A stretch of 57,219 nucleotides of DNA from Candidatus Nanohaloarchaea archaeon (GTDB lineage Archaea > Nanohalarchaeota > Nanosalinia > Nanosalinales > Nanosalinaceae), in contig JBDGSE010000031.1 in assembly GCA_042217695.1 (NCBI GenBank), forward strand, positions 1 through 57,219. The letters run 5' to 3'. Shown here one piece after another: positions 34,344 to 42,915 of this stretch. The translations under genes were made by a program, and so were the position numbers. A model generated the notes under the pieces. The model searched no databases, was not told the origin of the DNA, and worked only from the letters and a program-made list of their open reading frames with translations. Numbering within the stretch: the first letter of the stretch is position 1; each line of letters begins with the position of its first letter.

Positions 34344-35405
34344 CTATAACCCCGCGGGAGCCACCACGAACATGAAAGCGATGAAGGCCAGAGGAAGCAT
34401 CACAAGCGCGTGTTTTATACCGGCGCTGGGGCTTCCCTCGGCTACCTGGCCTGCAACCGCGGCAGTGGCCATGCCCTGTATCATCAGCATGCTGAACAGC
34501 AGGGACTTGTAGTACGCCATGTTGCCGTAGCCGTAGGTTTTTGAGTACTGTGAGCCAAAGGTGACGTTCGCCGGGACAAACCCGAAAATCCTGGCCGTGG
34601 TACAGAAAGGTCGGGAAGCGGCTATATCTCCGCCGCAGAACTGTGTCTGGCCTCCACCACCCTGGCCGATGACCTGGCCTATACTTGCCAGTGCACCGGG
34701 GTCCGAGCTGCCGAGTCCCAGGAGCTGGGCCAGCATGATGTAGATACCTATCGTGATGCCTATGAACAGGAAGTAGATGACGTACATGATGACCAGCTGC
34801 TGCTTGAGCTTGGCGTTCTTCTCCTGTATGACCTCGCGGAGCTGGCCGGCATCCTCCGCCACGGCCTCTATAGTCTGGGTTATGTTCCCTCCGCTCTCGA
34901 AGCTCTGGATGATAATAGACAGCGACTCCTGTATGACCGCCGAGTCCTCCATCCTCCTGGAGAAACGTCTCATGACCTCCGGGAACGGTATTCCCCAGGT
35001 GAGTTCACGGTAGACCTTCTCTATCTCGGGGTTGAGGCGTCCATAGTCTGTGTCCATGGAGGACTCGAACGCCCTCAGAATGGTCATACCTCCTCTCTTG
35101 GATTCCGCCAGGTCCTTCAGGAACACCGGGAACTGGTCCTCCATCTCACGTATGGCCCTGTTCTTCAGGAAGGAAAGGAGACCGTACGGCATTATCCCGA
35201 CAAGCAGCCCCAGTATAACCGTGAGTCCTCCGATCTGCTGGGAAACCCCGAGGTAGAGGAGTATCCCGACCAGGATGAGGACGGCGGCAACACCTATCGA
35301 ACCGAAGACCACCTTGTCCTCGAGCGGTCGGCCGGCCTGGTACTCTTCCTCCTTGAAGAAGTCCAGCTGGAACCTTCCTCCTCCGTCTTCCTCTTCGTCC
35401 GTCAC
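34344..35405 (-). CDS. type IV pilus platform protein, T2SSF-domain (TadC/EpdK-like)
   Basis: Polytopic 353-aa protein with a cytoplasmic helical T2SSF-like core (RLNPEIEKVYRELTWGIPFPEVMRRF). Confidence 0.75.
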   Translation of the reverse strand: MTDEEEDGGGRFQLDFFKEEEYQAGRPLEDKVVFGSIGVAAVLILVGILLYLGVSQQIGGLTVILGLLVGIMPYGLLSFLKNRAIREMEDQFPVFLKDLAESKRGGMTILRAFESSMDTDYGRLNPEIEKVYRELTWGIPFPEVMRRFSRRMEDSAVIQESLSIIIQSFESGGNITQTIEAVAEDAGQLREVIQEKNAKLKQQLVIMYVIYFLFIGITIGIYIMLAQLLGLGSSDPGALASIGQVIGQGGGGQTQFCGGDIAASRPFCTTARIFGFVPANVTFGSQYSKTYGYGNMAYYKSLLFSMLMIQGMATAAVAGQVAEGSPSAGIKHALVMLPLAFIAFMFVVAPAGL

Positions 35406-36274
35406 CGTATACCACCCGGCGATATCCCCTTTATCAGCAGTATAAACATCCCGGAGATTATGGGGAGTCCAAAGAATATGGCGACGGCCTGTACAGCCAC
35501 GATAGTCCCTGGATCAAAGTTGGCGAACGAGCTCATGACCGCGCTCATGGAAGTGAAGATGATCGAACCGACGATGACCACCGTGATGTACATCTCGACG
35601 ATGAGGGACAGGGAGTCAGAGAACTCCTCTACACGGCGCTGGTAGTCTGTCATCAGGGATGAGGCACGTTCCCTCAGGAACTCTCTCAGGGAACCTCCAG
35701 TGGTCAGCACATGGTTTATACCCCACACCAGTTCACGGAAGTCCTTGCTCGGCGTCCTCTCCGCAGCCCGCTCCATAGCCTTGCTGGAGTCCATCCCGAA
35801 TGTCTCGATGTCTCTATGGATTTTCTCAGCCTCCTTTGAGACCTCGCCGTACTCCTCCGTGTCGGCCAGGTTCCCGAATATCTCGGGTAGTGAGGTGCCT
35901 GTTCCAGCAAGCGTTGAGAGGTACATGGTGGCGAACGGCAGGGTGTCACGTATCTTGCTCGCCCTGTTCCTCACCATAAGCACCGGGTAGAGATAGAACC
36001 CCACGAAGGTGGCGGCGAGAGAGACTATGGACAGTACGAGCGCCAGCAGTATACCTGCGACCCCCATACCCATCACGAACATTATACCGAAGAACACGAA
36101 ACTCAGAAGAGACATTACTCCGGCGGAGAACACCATCATGCTGACGTATTCCGGCAACGAGATCTCCAGCCCGGACTTGGTCAGCTGCGGCCTCAGGTCC
36201 TCAAAGTACGGTACATAATCCAGTACATATGGACCTGCCTGGTCGAAACAGAACTCTGCGTACTCGTCAAGCAT
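35402..36274 (-). CDS. type IV pilus platform protein, T2SSF-domain (TadB/EpdJ-like)
   Basis: 290-aa protein with a T2SSF-like core (LPFATMYLSTLAGTGTSLPEIFGNLA...). 4-nt overlap with the next gene and 8-nt overlap with the ATPase gene. Confidence 0.75.
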   Translation of the reverse strand: MLDEYAEFCFDQAGPYVLDYVPYFEDLRPQLTKSGLEISLPEYVSMMVFSAGVMSLLSFVFFGIMFVMGMGVAGILLALVLSIVSLAATFVGFYLYPVLMVRNRASKIRDTLPFATMYLSTLAGTGTSLPEIFGNLADTEEYGEVSKEAEKIHRDIETFGMDSSKAMERAAERTPSKDFRELVWGINHVLTTGGSLREFLRERASSLMTDYQRRVEEFSDSLSLIVEMYITVVIVGSIIFTSMSAVMSSFANFDPGTIVAVQAVAIFFGLPIISGMFILLIKGISPGGIR

Positions 36275-37970
36275 TCTTAATATCTAGTTCGTCCGTCTCC
36301 GAATTAAATGTTTGCCCGATTCTCTCCATAACATCCTGCGGATTCGAGTAGTAACGGGCTATCCACTTGCCCACATCCCGGTAGTGCTTTATCTGCTGGT
36401 CCTGCATGTAGTTCAGAACGTGCTGGCGGTTCCGGACCTCGTTTTTGAGCTGTTCGTAGTCCATACCGCTCTGGTCCGCGATATCCTTCAGGATCAGCGA
36501 GTTGTTCTCAACTATGTACTCGTCGCTCTGCGGGTTCCACGAGAAGACCTTGTTCGCATCTATACCGGTTCTCTCGTCGTAGCCACGTATCTCGTAGATG
36601 CCGTTGATACGTCTCACATAGGTTCCCTCCCTCCGGATCCTGGAGATAAGCATCACGGCGTCCAGCGTCTCTATGAGAGATGGCGACAGGTTTATGGGTT
36701 CGGTCGTAAGGCGGTCCATGAGCATGTCAAGCGAGTCGGCGTGGATCGTCGAGAGCCCTGTGTGCCCCGTTGCCATCTGCTGGAACAGGATGTACGCCTC
36801 CTCACCACGGACCTCACCGACGATGATGTACTCCGGGCGCTGACGAAGGGATTCCTTGAGAAGGTTGTCCATCGATACTTCTCCGCCTTCCTCCGCGGAT
36901 GAACCGAAGCCTGAACGTGCGACCTCCGGTACCCAGTGCTCGTGCGGTAACCGGAGTTCCGGCGTGTCCTCGATGGATACGATCTTCTTGTCCGGTCGGA
37001 TGAAGAGGCTCATCGCGTTTAACTGCGAGGTCTTTCCCGCGCCTGTCGTTCCGGCGATAAGTATCGATTTACCGTGTTCGACCAGTGTCCAGAGGTAGGA
37101 GTACATCTGGGCGTTCTCGGTCTCGTAGTCCATCATGTGGATCGGCGTTAACGGGTCCTCCGTGAACCTTCGGATAGTAAAGTTCGAACCTTTCCGGGCG
37201 ATGTCTGTCGCGAGCGTGGCCTGTACACGGGAACCATCAGGCAGGGAGCCGTCGAGCAGCGGGTTTGAAACCGAGATGGAGCGACCGCAGCGCTGCGCCA
37301 GTTTCATCACGAAAGAGTCCAGTTCCTCGGGTTCGTCCCAGACTATATCGGTCTTTACGGAGCCGAACTTCGGGTTCCTGTGGTAAGCGTAGACAGGTAT
37401 GCCGGTCCCGTCACACGAGATGTCCTCGACCTCGGTATCGTTCATCAGCGGTTGCAGCTTTCCAAGCCCCGCAAAGTCTCTTTTTGTGTAGTAACGTATT
37501 ATCTCCCTCTGATCCTGTGTTATCGACAGCTGGTACTTGTCAACTATCTCGTCTATCTTTTCGTTGAGATAGTCCTCGGCCTCCTGGCTCTCCAGTTCCG
37601 TGAACTCTATATCGAAACTCCTCTCCATTATCTGTTTTATCCTGTCCAGTAGCTGCTGGGTCTCCTGATCCAGTTCCGGCTCTATAACCCGGTAGACGAG
37701 CTCTTCCTCTTCCTCGCTCCAGGTGATATGCGCCCATGCATACACGAGTTCGCCCTCATCCGGGTCCTCCGGCACAAGCGGGTAGGTAACGCTTACATCG
37801 GTCAGGTCTGCCTCCTCCTGACCCTCTTCGACCATACTGGAGCTGAACTCTCCAGGTACAGGCACCTCTATACCGGCCTGGTGTTCCTGCTCCTCTTCTT
37901 CCTCCTCGTACCATTCGGGGTGTCTCAGCCTCCGAAGCTTGTTTACCAGGTTGTGCATCTGGTGCGCCAT
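36267..37970 (-). CDS. type II/IV secretion-family ATPase (FlaI/GspE/TadA-like pilus assembly ATPase)
   Basis: Walker A ILIAGTTGAGKTS, Asp box VSIEDTPEL, Walker B EYIIVGEVRGEEAY, STIHADS His box. Confidence 0.9.
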   Translation of the reverse strand: MAHQMHNLVNKLRRLRHPEWYEEEEEEQEHQAGIEVPVPGEFSSSMVEEGQEEADLTDVSVTYPLVPEDPDEGELVYAWAHITWSEEEEELVYRVIEPELDQETQQLLDRIKQIMERSFDIEFTELESQEAEDYLNEKIDEIVDKYQLSITQDQREIIRYYTKRDFAGLGKLQPLMNDTEVEDISCDGTGIPVYAYHRNPKFGSVKTDIVWDEPEELDSFVMKLAQRCGRSISVSNPLLDGSLPDGSRVQATLATDIARKGSNFTIRRFTEDPLTPIHMMDYETENAQMYSYLWTLVEHGKSILIAGTTGAGKTSQLNAMSLFIRPDKKIVSIEDTPELRLPHEHWVPEVARSGFGSSAEEGGEVSMDNLLKESLRQRPEYIIVGEVRGEEAYILFQQMATGHTGLSTIHADSLDMLMDRLTTEPINLSPSLIETLDAVMLISRIRREGTYVRRINGIYEIRGYDERTGIDANKVFSWNPQSDEYIVENNSLILKDIADQSGMDYEQLKNEVRNRQHVLNYMQDQQIKHYRDVGKWIARYYSNPQDVMERIGQTFNSETDELDIKNA

Positions 37971-38390
37971 CTATCTATCCCTCAACAAGAATTTGTTCTT
38001 CCTTTTCAATACGTTTACGGTTCCACCATCGACAGAGCCGTCAAAACTGTAGGTCGAATCCAGGTAGTCGTAGCTGGTCCTGTACGTGTTCCCTCCGACG
38101 TATATCTTGAGCACACCGTCTTCCCAGGATACCTGGTAGCTCTGGCCTCCCACCCTTTCAGGCAGTTCCACGACTATAGACCCCGTGCTTTCCTGCTCCA
38201 TGGAGGCAAGCGAGTAGACCGCATCGTTGATCTTCGCCTGAACAGCCTCTACCTGTGCCTCCTCGGCTGTTTCAAGCGCACCCATCCTGAACTGGTTGAA
38301 CCCTGCTATAACTGCTATAGCGAGTAAAAGTCCGAGGCCGAACGAGAAAACTGTTTCGATCGCAAGGTACTGTCCTTTACGAGAGTTCAT
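37971..38390 (-). CDS. prepilin-like protein (class III signal)
   Basis: MNSRKG|QYLAIETVFSFGLGLLLAIAVIAGF. Its stop directly abuts the ATPase start. Confidence 0.7.
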   Translation of the reverse strand: MNSRKGQYLAIETVFSFGLGLLLAIAVIAGFNQFRMGALETAEEAQVEAVQAKINDAVYSLASMEQESTGSIVVELPERVGGQSYQVSWEDGVLKIYVGGNTYRTSYDYLDSTYSFDGSVDGGTVNVLKRKNKFLLRDR

Positions 38391-39067
38391 CTCAGGTCTA
38401 CCCTGATAACCGTTCTCTCACGGTTGATGAGTCTACCGGAGGGAAGCCGGATGCCGTTGGATCCCGTGTCACGACGGGTCCCAGCGTTCGTGATCCTGAG
38501 AGTGGTTGCCCCTGCCGCGGCAGTCCCTCCCTTGGCCTGCAGGTCTATCTTCTCAAGTTTTTTGCCGGATGCCGTGTTGACGTAAAGGTTCCTGAACTCC
38601 ACGCGGTAGGTGAGCTTTCCGGCGCTCGTCCCGTGCGGTTTTACCAGGACAACTCCCGGCAGGTCTTCTCCCTTGATACCGTATAGACCGGCGCCGATCG
38701 AGATGTTCTGCAGGCTGCTGCCCTTTACCATAGTCCAGGTGTTGGGCGGGTAGGGTGCGTTCGGCACCGAGGAAACCGTGATGTTGATGTAGTCCTGCGC
38801 CGGGTTGAGGAACACATACTCTATCCTGGCGTTCTGACTGGAGAAATCAAGTTGCACGCTGGCAGCGGTACCGCTTCCTCCCCTGCTCGTGGACACGACT
38901 GTATTATACAGGCCGATAACCTGCTCCTCCACCTGCTGTACGTTGGCCTGGCCCTGCCTCTTGGTAAGTATGGGCGTGCCCCAGACATAGACGCTTGCGA
39001 TGGCTCCTACAGTTATACCTGTTATCAGTACGGCGGTTACCGCCTGGGTCTGGCCCTTCCAGTCCAT
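38387..39067 (-). CDS. prepilin-like protein (class III signal)
   Basis: MDWKG|QTQAVTAVLITGITVGAIASVYVWG from ATG 39067. TTTAAAG (39092-39098) lies ~28 nt upstream. The track start at 39253 would overlap the pilin gene. Confidence 0.7.
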   Translation of the reverse strand: MDWKGQTQAVTAVLITGITVGAIASVYVWGTPILTKRQGQANVQQVEEQVIGLYNTVVSTSRGGSGTAASVQLDFSSQNARIEYVFLNPAQDYINITVSSVPNAPYPPNTWTMVKGSSLQNISIGAGLYGIKGEDLPGVVLVKPHGTSAGKLTYRVEFRNLYVNTASGKKLEKIDLQAKGGTAAAGATTLRITNAGTRRDTGSNGIRLPSGRLINRERTVIRVDLR

Positions 39068-39091
39068 ATAATCATCAGACTCACGCTGGAA

Positions 39092-39098
39092 TTTAAAG
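39092..39098 (-). promoter_or_regulatory. internal TATA-like element for the downstream pilus-assembly genes
   Basis: TTTAAAG ~28 nt upstream of ATG 39067. Confidence 0.4.
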
Positions 39099-39115
39099 TA
39101 ACCGGCTGAAGAGGT

Positions 39116-39132
39116 AAGAAAGAGAAAAAAGA
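39116..39132 (-). terminator. poly-T tract after the pilin genes
   Basis: Minus strand TCTTTTTTCTCTTTCTT just downstream of the pilin 2 stop (39142). Confidence 0.45.
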
Positions 39133-39141
39133 TATGTATTT

Positions 39142-39660
39142 TTAGCAGCTGAAAGCGCCTGCCGTCTGCGTGGTGCAGTGGTACCTGAACTCCTTGTCCG
39201 CACCCTTCATCGAAACCACTAGGTACATGTCGATGGGTTTCTGACTTGGCCACTTTAGCCCTGTGCTACAGTCCTGCGAGTTCTTGGGAGGTACCAGTAC
39301 GGAAGTGCCGGAAGCGAAACAGGTCGATGTACCGCTGGTCTGGAACTGAGTGTTGGCAGCGAATACTGAGGCGCTGACAGGCGAACCTCCTCTGGTCTTG
39401 GCGAACCCGAGTTCGAAGTTGGACGTGTTAAGCGTCCTGGAGTTCGGGTTCCTCCAGGTCAGGCGCATGTTGCCCCCTTCGTTGTACACAGACTGGAAGC
39501 TCAGCTGCGTGTTGATCGCCTGCTGCTGACTCTGGGCCTGACCACCGAACTGAAGGACTCCCTGGAACTGTGTCCAGACGATTCCTATCATTCCGAGGGT
39601 GATCAGGATCAACAGGACGATCGCGATTACAGGTGTGATACCCTTACGTGACTTGAACAT
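39142..39660 (-). CDS. archaeal type IV pilin (Pilin_N-type), candidate major pilin 2
   Basis: MFKSRKG|ITPVIAIVLLILITLGMIGIV. Has its own TATA plus GGTGA ribosome-binding site. Ends in C-x9-C-COOH. Confidence 0.8.
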   Translation of the reverse strand: MFKSRKGITPVIAIVLLILITLGMIGIVWTQFQGVLQFGGQAQSQQQAINTQLSFQSVYNEGGNMRLTWRNPNSRTLNTSNFELGFAKTRGGSPVSASVFAANTQFQTSGTSTCFASGTSVLVPPKNSQDCSTGLKWPSQKPIDMYLVVSMKGADKEFRYHCTTQTAGAFSC

Positions 39661-39700
39661 CTAGATTTTCACCTTATGCATCGAATGTTTCTAGGCGCTC

Positions 39701-39713
39701 CTTTAAATAATTT
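39701..39713 (-). promoter_or_regulatory. TATA-like promoter plus GGTGA ribosome-binding site for pilin 2
   Basis: Minus strand AAATTATTTAAAG ~47 nt upstream of ATG 39660. GGTGA (39669-39673) lies 8 nt upstream. Confidence 0.45.
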
Positions 39714-39721
39714 CTACCGGT

Positions 39722-40216
39722 CTAACAGGCAGTATCGCCCGAAGAATCCTTATCGCAGACTATAGCCGAAACAGTCTTGTACTGGCCCCGTATCTCCACT
39801 GTCTTGGACCCTCCCACCGTTGAAGGATAGTTCGTGCCGGTATCCAGAGTTATGGTCTCTCCAGGGTTCACGAGGACATCTGCGCTGGAACCACCAGGTA
39901 CGCCCCATCCAGAGGCAGGCCGGCTATCGATGTAGAGGTTCCACAGCTTGTCGCCGTTCTCCTTGAACATGAGTGAGACACTTCCCTCGTTCTTTACCAC
40001 GATGTATATATTGCCGTTGGACTGTGACCTGAATCCCTGTATGATGGTGAGCTCGGATTTCTGCTGTTTCTGCTGTACACCGAGCTGTTCCGCGATACTC
40101 TGCCGGATATCTCCTCCGACGTCGCTGATAAAGACTGCGGAAGAAGCCACTGCAGCCATACTTATAGCGATAAGCATTACCGTGGCTACTACAGGAGTTA
40201 CCCCTTTCCTATTCAT
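39722..40216 (-). CDS. archaeal type IV pilin (Pilin_N-type), candidate major pilin 1
   Basis: MNRKG|VTPVVATVMLIAISMAAVASSAV. Ends in C-x9-C-COOH, and these are its only two Cys. Confidence 0.8.
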   Translation of the reverse strand: MNRKGVTPVVATVMLIAISMAAVASSAVFISDVGGDIRQSIAEQLGVQQKQQKSELTIIQGFRSQSNGNIYIVVKNEGSVSLMFKENGDKLWNLYIDSRPASGWGVPGGSSADVLVNPGETITLDTGTNYPSTVGGSKTVEIRGQYKTVSAIVCDKDSSGDTAC

Positions 40217-40847
40217 CGTTCCCGGAATCGAAGCGCTCCTTCAGTTTTCTTACCCGGTCGGCACCGCTCTCAGAGTTTAGACTCCTGCCGCTGCCCTGTC
40301 TTCCCTCGCTCTCCCGGGACTGCCGGGATTGCCGGGACTGCTGAGACTGTCCGGAGACCTGCATCCCACCGGTATCCTGGGACGCGTATGCCTTTCTCAG
40401 GCTGTCGTTTATGTTCTGAAGGTGTTCTATAACTTCCTCGTTGGATTCCTGGATGTCGCTCGCGACATCATCCATCCTGTTGCCGATGGCATCCGCGATA
40501 CGGCCTTCCATGTCTCCCACGACTTCGCCCTCCATGTCGACCTCGGAGGCCTCCGTGAGAAGGTCCATGAAGTCGTTCATGTTGTCCACGACCTCGTCCA
40601 TCTTGTGGGTGAGGTCTTCAACAGAGTTCTTCAGTTCATGCGTGGACTCGGTCATGTCGTTGACAATCCGCTGGTTCGACTTCATTATCTCCAGCACGTC
40701 ACGTATTATCTCCTCGTCCGGACCCCCGCTCTGGGCCTGCTGCTCGATGTTATCTATTCTCTTTTCAAGCTTTCTGACCGGTCCCAGAGGCACGACTTCG
40801 TAGTCCTCGGATTCGCCGTTCCCGAGTTCGACTTCTTTGTCTGACAT
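40209..40847 (-). CDS. acidic coiled-coil protein with Q/S/R repeat tail, first gene of the pilus locus
   Basis: 212-aa ORF. AAGGAG lies ~10 nt upstream of the ATG, with TATA-like ATTATAAATA further upstream. 8-nt overlap with pilin 1. Confidence 0.65.
   Translation of the reverse strand: MSDKEVELGNGESEDYEVVPLGPVRKLEKRIDNIEQQAQSGGPDEEIIRDVLEIMKSNQRIVNDMTESTHELKNSVEDLTHKMDEVVDNMNDFMDLLTEASEVDMEGEVVGDMEGRIADAIGNRMDDVASDIQESNEEVIEHLQNINDSLRKAYASQDTGGMQVSGQSQQSRQSRQSRESEGRQGSGRSLNSESGADRVRKLKERFDSGNDE
40315..40350. repeat. 4 x 9-bp coding tandem repeat
   Basis: gggactgcc gggattgcc gggactgct gagactgtc, encoding QSQQSRQSRQSRE. Confidence 0.8.
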
Positions 40848-40887
40848 AACTAGAACACTCCTTACACCACAGAATTCCCTTCACCAG

Positions 40888-40897
40888 TATTTATAAT
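40888..40897 (-). promoter_or_regulatory. TATA-like promoter of the pilus locus
   Basis: Minus strand ATTATAAATA ~46 nt upstream of ATG 40847, with AAGGAG in the predicted ~20-nt leader. Confidence 0.45.
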
Positions 40898-41115
40898 GTG
40901 GGGAAAGCGCCGGCATCTCAGGCCTATCACCTGCCTGGCCGGGGAAAAACCGCGGACATATAAGAATACGCGCCGATTTGATCTCCCTGGGAAGGGAAAG
41001 ATTAGAACCGGGCACAGTTGTGAGAGTGTGTTCCGGGGTTGCGGTGGTTTTCCTCGCGGAAAGCCCTCCGGCCTTCCCACTACTTTTTACATTAGAATAG
41101 TGTTCGAGAACTTCT

Positions 41116-41145
41116 GGGAAAAATTATAGAAGAAAAGAGACGGGA
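41116..41145 (-). terminator. poly-T tracts after the thermosome gene
   Basis: Minus strand CCCGTCTCTTTTCTTCTATAATTTTTCCC. Confidence 0.45.
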
Positions 41146-41160
41146 AGATGTAGGACGGGC

Positions 41161-42834
41161 CTACATCATTCCTCCCATGCCACCCATTCCGCCGCCGGGC
41201 ATGCCTCCGCCGCCAGACGGTGGCTGTTCGCCTCCACCGGATTCATCGGAGTCGAACCCGGACGCGGAGATAACGTCGTCTATCCGCAGGATCATCTCCG
41301 CTGATTCCGAGGCGGAGGAAACGGCCTGGGTCTTTATCTGGAGCGGTTCCACAACTCCCTGGTCGAACAGTCTCTCCGACTTTCCGGAGGTGACGTCGAT
41401 TCCGGACCAGACCTCGCCCTCGTCGTGCTTGTTTCTCAGGTCGACGAGTGTGTCTATCGGGTCGAAGCCGGCGTTCTCGGCCAGCGTCCGGGGGATGACC
41501 TCCAGGGATTCGGCGAAGGCGTTGATGGCCAGCTGTTCTCTTCCACCGACAGAGTCGGCGTATGTCCTCAGGCGTTTCGCGAGTTCTACCTCGGTGGCGC
41601 CTCCACCGCCGACGACTTTGCCGTTCTTCAGGGCGGATGCGACGCCGCCGATGGCGTCCTCCATCGCTCTCTCGATTTCGTCTACAACATGCTCCGTGCC
41701 GCCCCGGATCAGGATGGAGACGGACTTGGCTTCGGGGCAGTCCTGGACAAAGGTCATGGCGTCGCCGCCGATCCTTCTCTGTTCAACGGTTCCGGCGTCT
41801 CCCAGGTCTTCCTCCTCGATATCCTCTATCGAGGTGACTATGTTGGCGCCGGTCGCATTCGAGAGTTTCTCGATTTCTCCGGAGGAAACCCTGCGTACGG
41901 CGAAGATGCCTTTCTTGGCCATGTAATGCTGGGCGATGTCGTCTATACCTTTCTGGCAGAGCACCACGTCAGCGCCCGCCTCGTCCAGCTGTTCCACCAT
42001 CTCCTTCAGCTGTCCTTCCTCTTCTTCGACAAAGCTTCTCAGCTGGTCGGGGTCGGAGATGTTGATCTCGGCGTCAGTCTCTGTCTCCTTTACCTCGACC
42101 GGGGTGTTCAGTAGTGCGATATTGGCGTCCTCAACCCGGGAAGGCATGCCTTTGTGGGTCTTCTCCTTGTCCAGTATCACGCCCTGGACAAGTTCCGTGT
42201 CTTCCACGGTACCTCCCTGTCTTTTCTCGACCTTCACCATGTCACGGTCGATGACCACTTCATCGTTTTCCTCCTCTGCGACCTGTCTGGCGGCGTCAAC
42301 CGCGATCTCTGCCAGGTAGTCGCGGGCGGTTTCCGCGCTTTTACCAGTCATTGCGGTCATGGCTACCTTTTCGAGCGTGTCATCGTCTTCAAGCCCCACA
42401 TCTTCGGATATCTCGTGGAGGACTTCCGAACTCTTCTCTCTTGCAAGCCTGTATCCCCGGGTGATAACGGTCGGGTGTATCTCCTGGTCCAGAAGGCCTT
42501 CAGCCTGTTTCAGGAGTTCGCCTGCCAGGACTACAGCGGTGGTTGTTCCGTCACCGACCTCTTCCTCCTGTGTCTGCGCTACCTCGACCATCATCTTGGC
42601 CGCGGGATGTTCGAGGTCCATTTCCTCGAGGATGGTCACTCCGTCGTTGGTCACGACTATATCGCCGACAGAGTCGACCATCATCTTGTCCATCCCTTTC
42701 GGACCGAGAGTGGTCCTCACCGCTTTTGAAACGGTTTTGCAGGCGTTGATATTGTTTTCCTGTGCGTCTTCGCCGGAGGTGCGTTCAGTGTCCTCCGACA
42801 TCACGAAAATCGGTTGTCCTCCAAATCCTACCAT
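41161..42834 (-). CDS. ths: thermosome subunit (group II chaperonin)
   Basis: [52 protein letters not shown] and a GGM-repeat C-terminus. Confidence 0.95.
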   Translation of the reverse strand: MVGFGGQPIFVMSEDTERTSGEDAQENNINACKTVSKAVRTTLGPKGMDKMMVDSVGDIVVTNDGVTILEEMDLEHPAAKMMVEVAQTQEEEVGDGTTTAVVLAGELLKQAEGLLDQEIHPTVITRGYRLAREKSSEVLHEISEDVGLEDDDTLEKVAMTAMTGKSAETARDYLAEIAVDAARQVAEEENDEVVIDRDMVKVEKRQGGTVEDTELVQGVILDKEKTHKGMPSRVEDANIALLNTPVEVKETETDAEINISDPDQLRSFVEEEEGQLKEMVEQLDEAGADVVLCQKGIDDIAQHYMAKKGIFAVRRVSSGEIEKLSNATGANIVTSIEDIEEEDLGDAGTVEQRRIGGDAMTFVQDCPEAKSVSILIRGGTEHVVDEIERAMEDAIGGVASALKNGKVVGGGGATEVELAKRLRTYADSVGGREQLAINAFAESLEVIPRTLAENAGFDPIDTLVDLRNKHDEGEVWSGIDVTSGKSERLFDQGVVEPLQIKTQAVSSASESAEMILRIDDVISASGFDSDESGGGEQPPSGGGGMPGGGMGGMGGMM

Positions 42835-42915
42835 AGTATTTTCACCTAGAATCTGTTTTGATGATGTATGTTAAAATATAAAAACTAACCGATGACAGGC
42901 CGGTAACCTCTCCAG

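Noticed and set aside
36267-40216. Archaellum (fla) operon
   Set aside because: The pilin N-termini are Pilin_N type (KG|VTPVVATVMLIAI), not archaellin type. There is no FlaH/KaiC-like ATPase and no FlaC/D/E or FlaF/G signatures, and the platform is split.
40862-41129. 72-aa and 77-aa ORFs in the thermosome/pilus spacer
   Set aside because: Both are strongly basic, Arg/Gly/Pro-rich and overlap each other antisense. They are unlike the acidic proteome and have no start-site signals.
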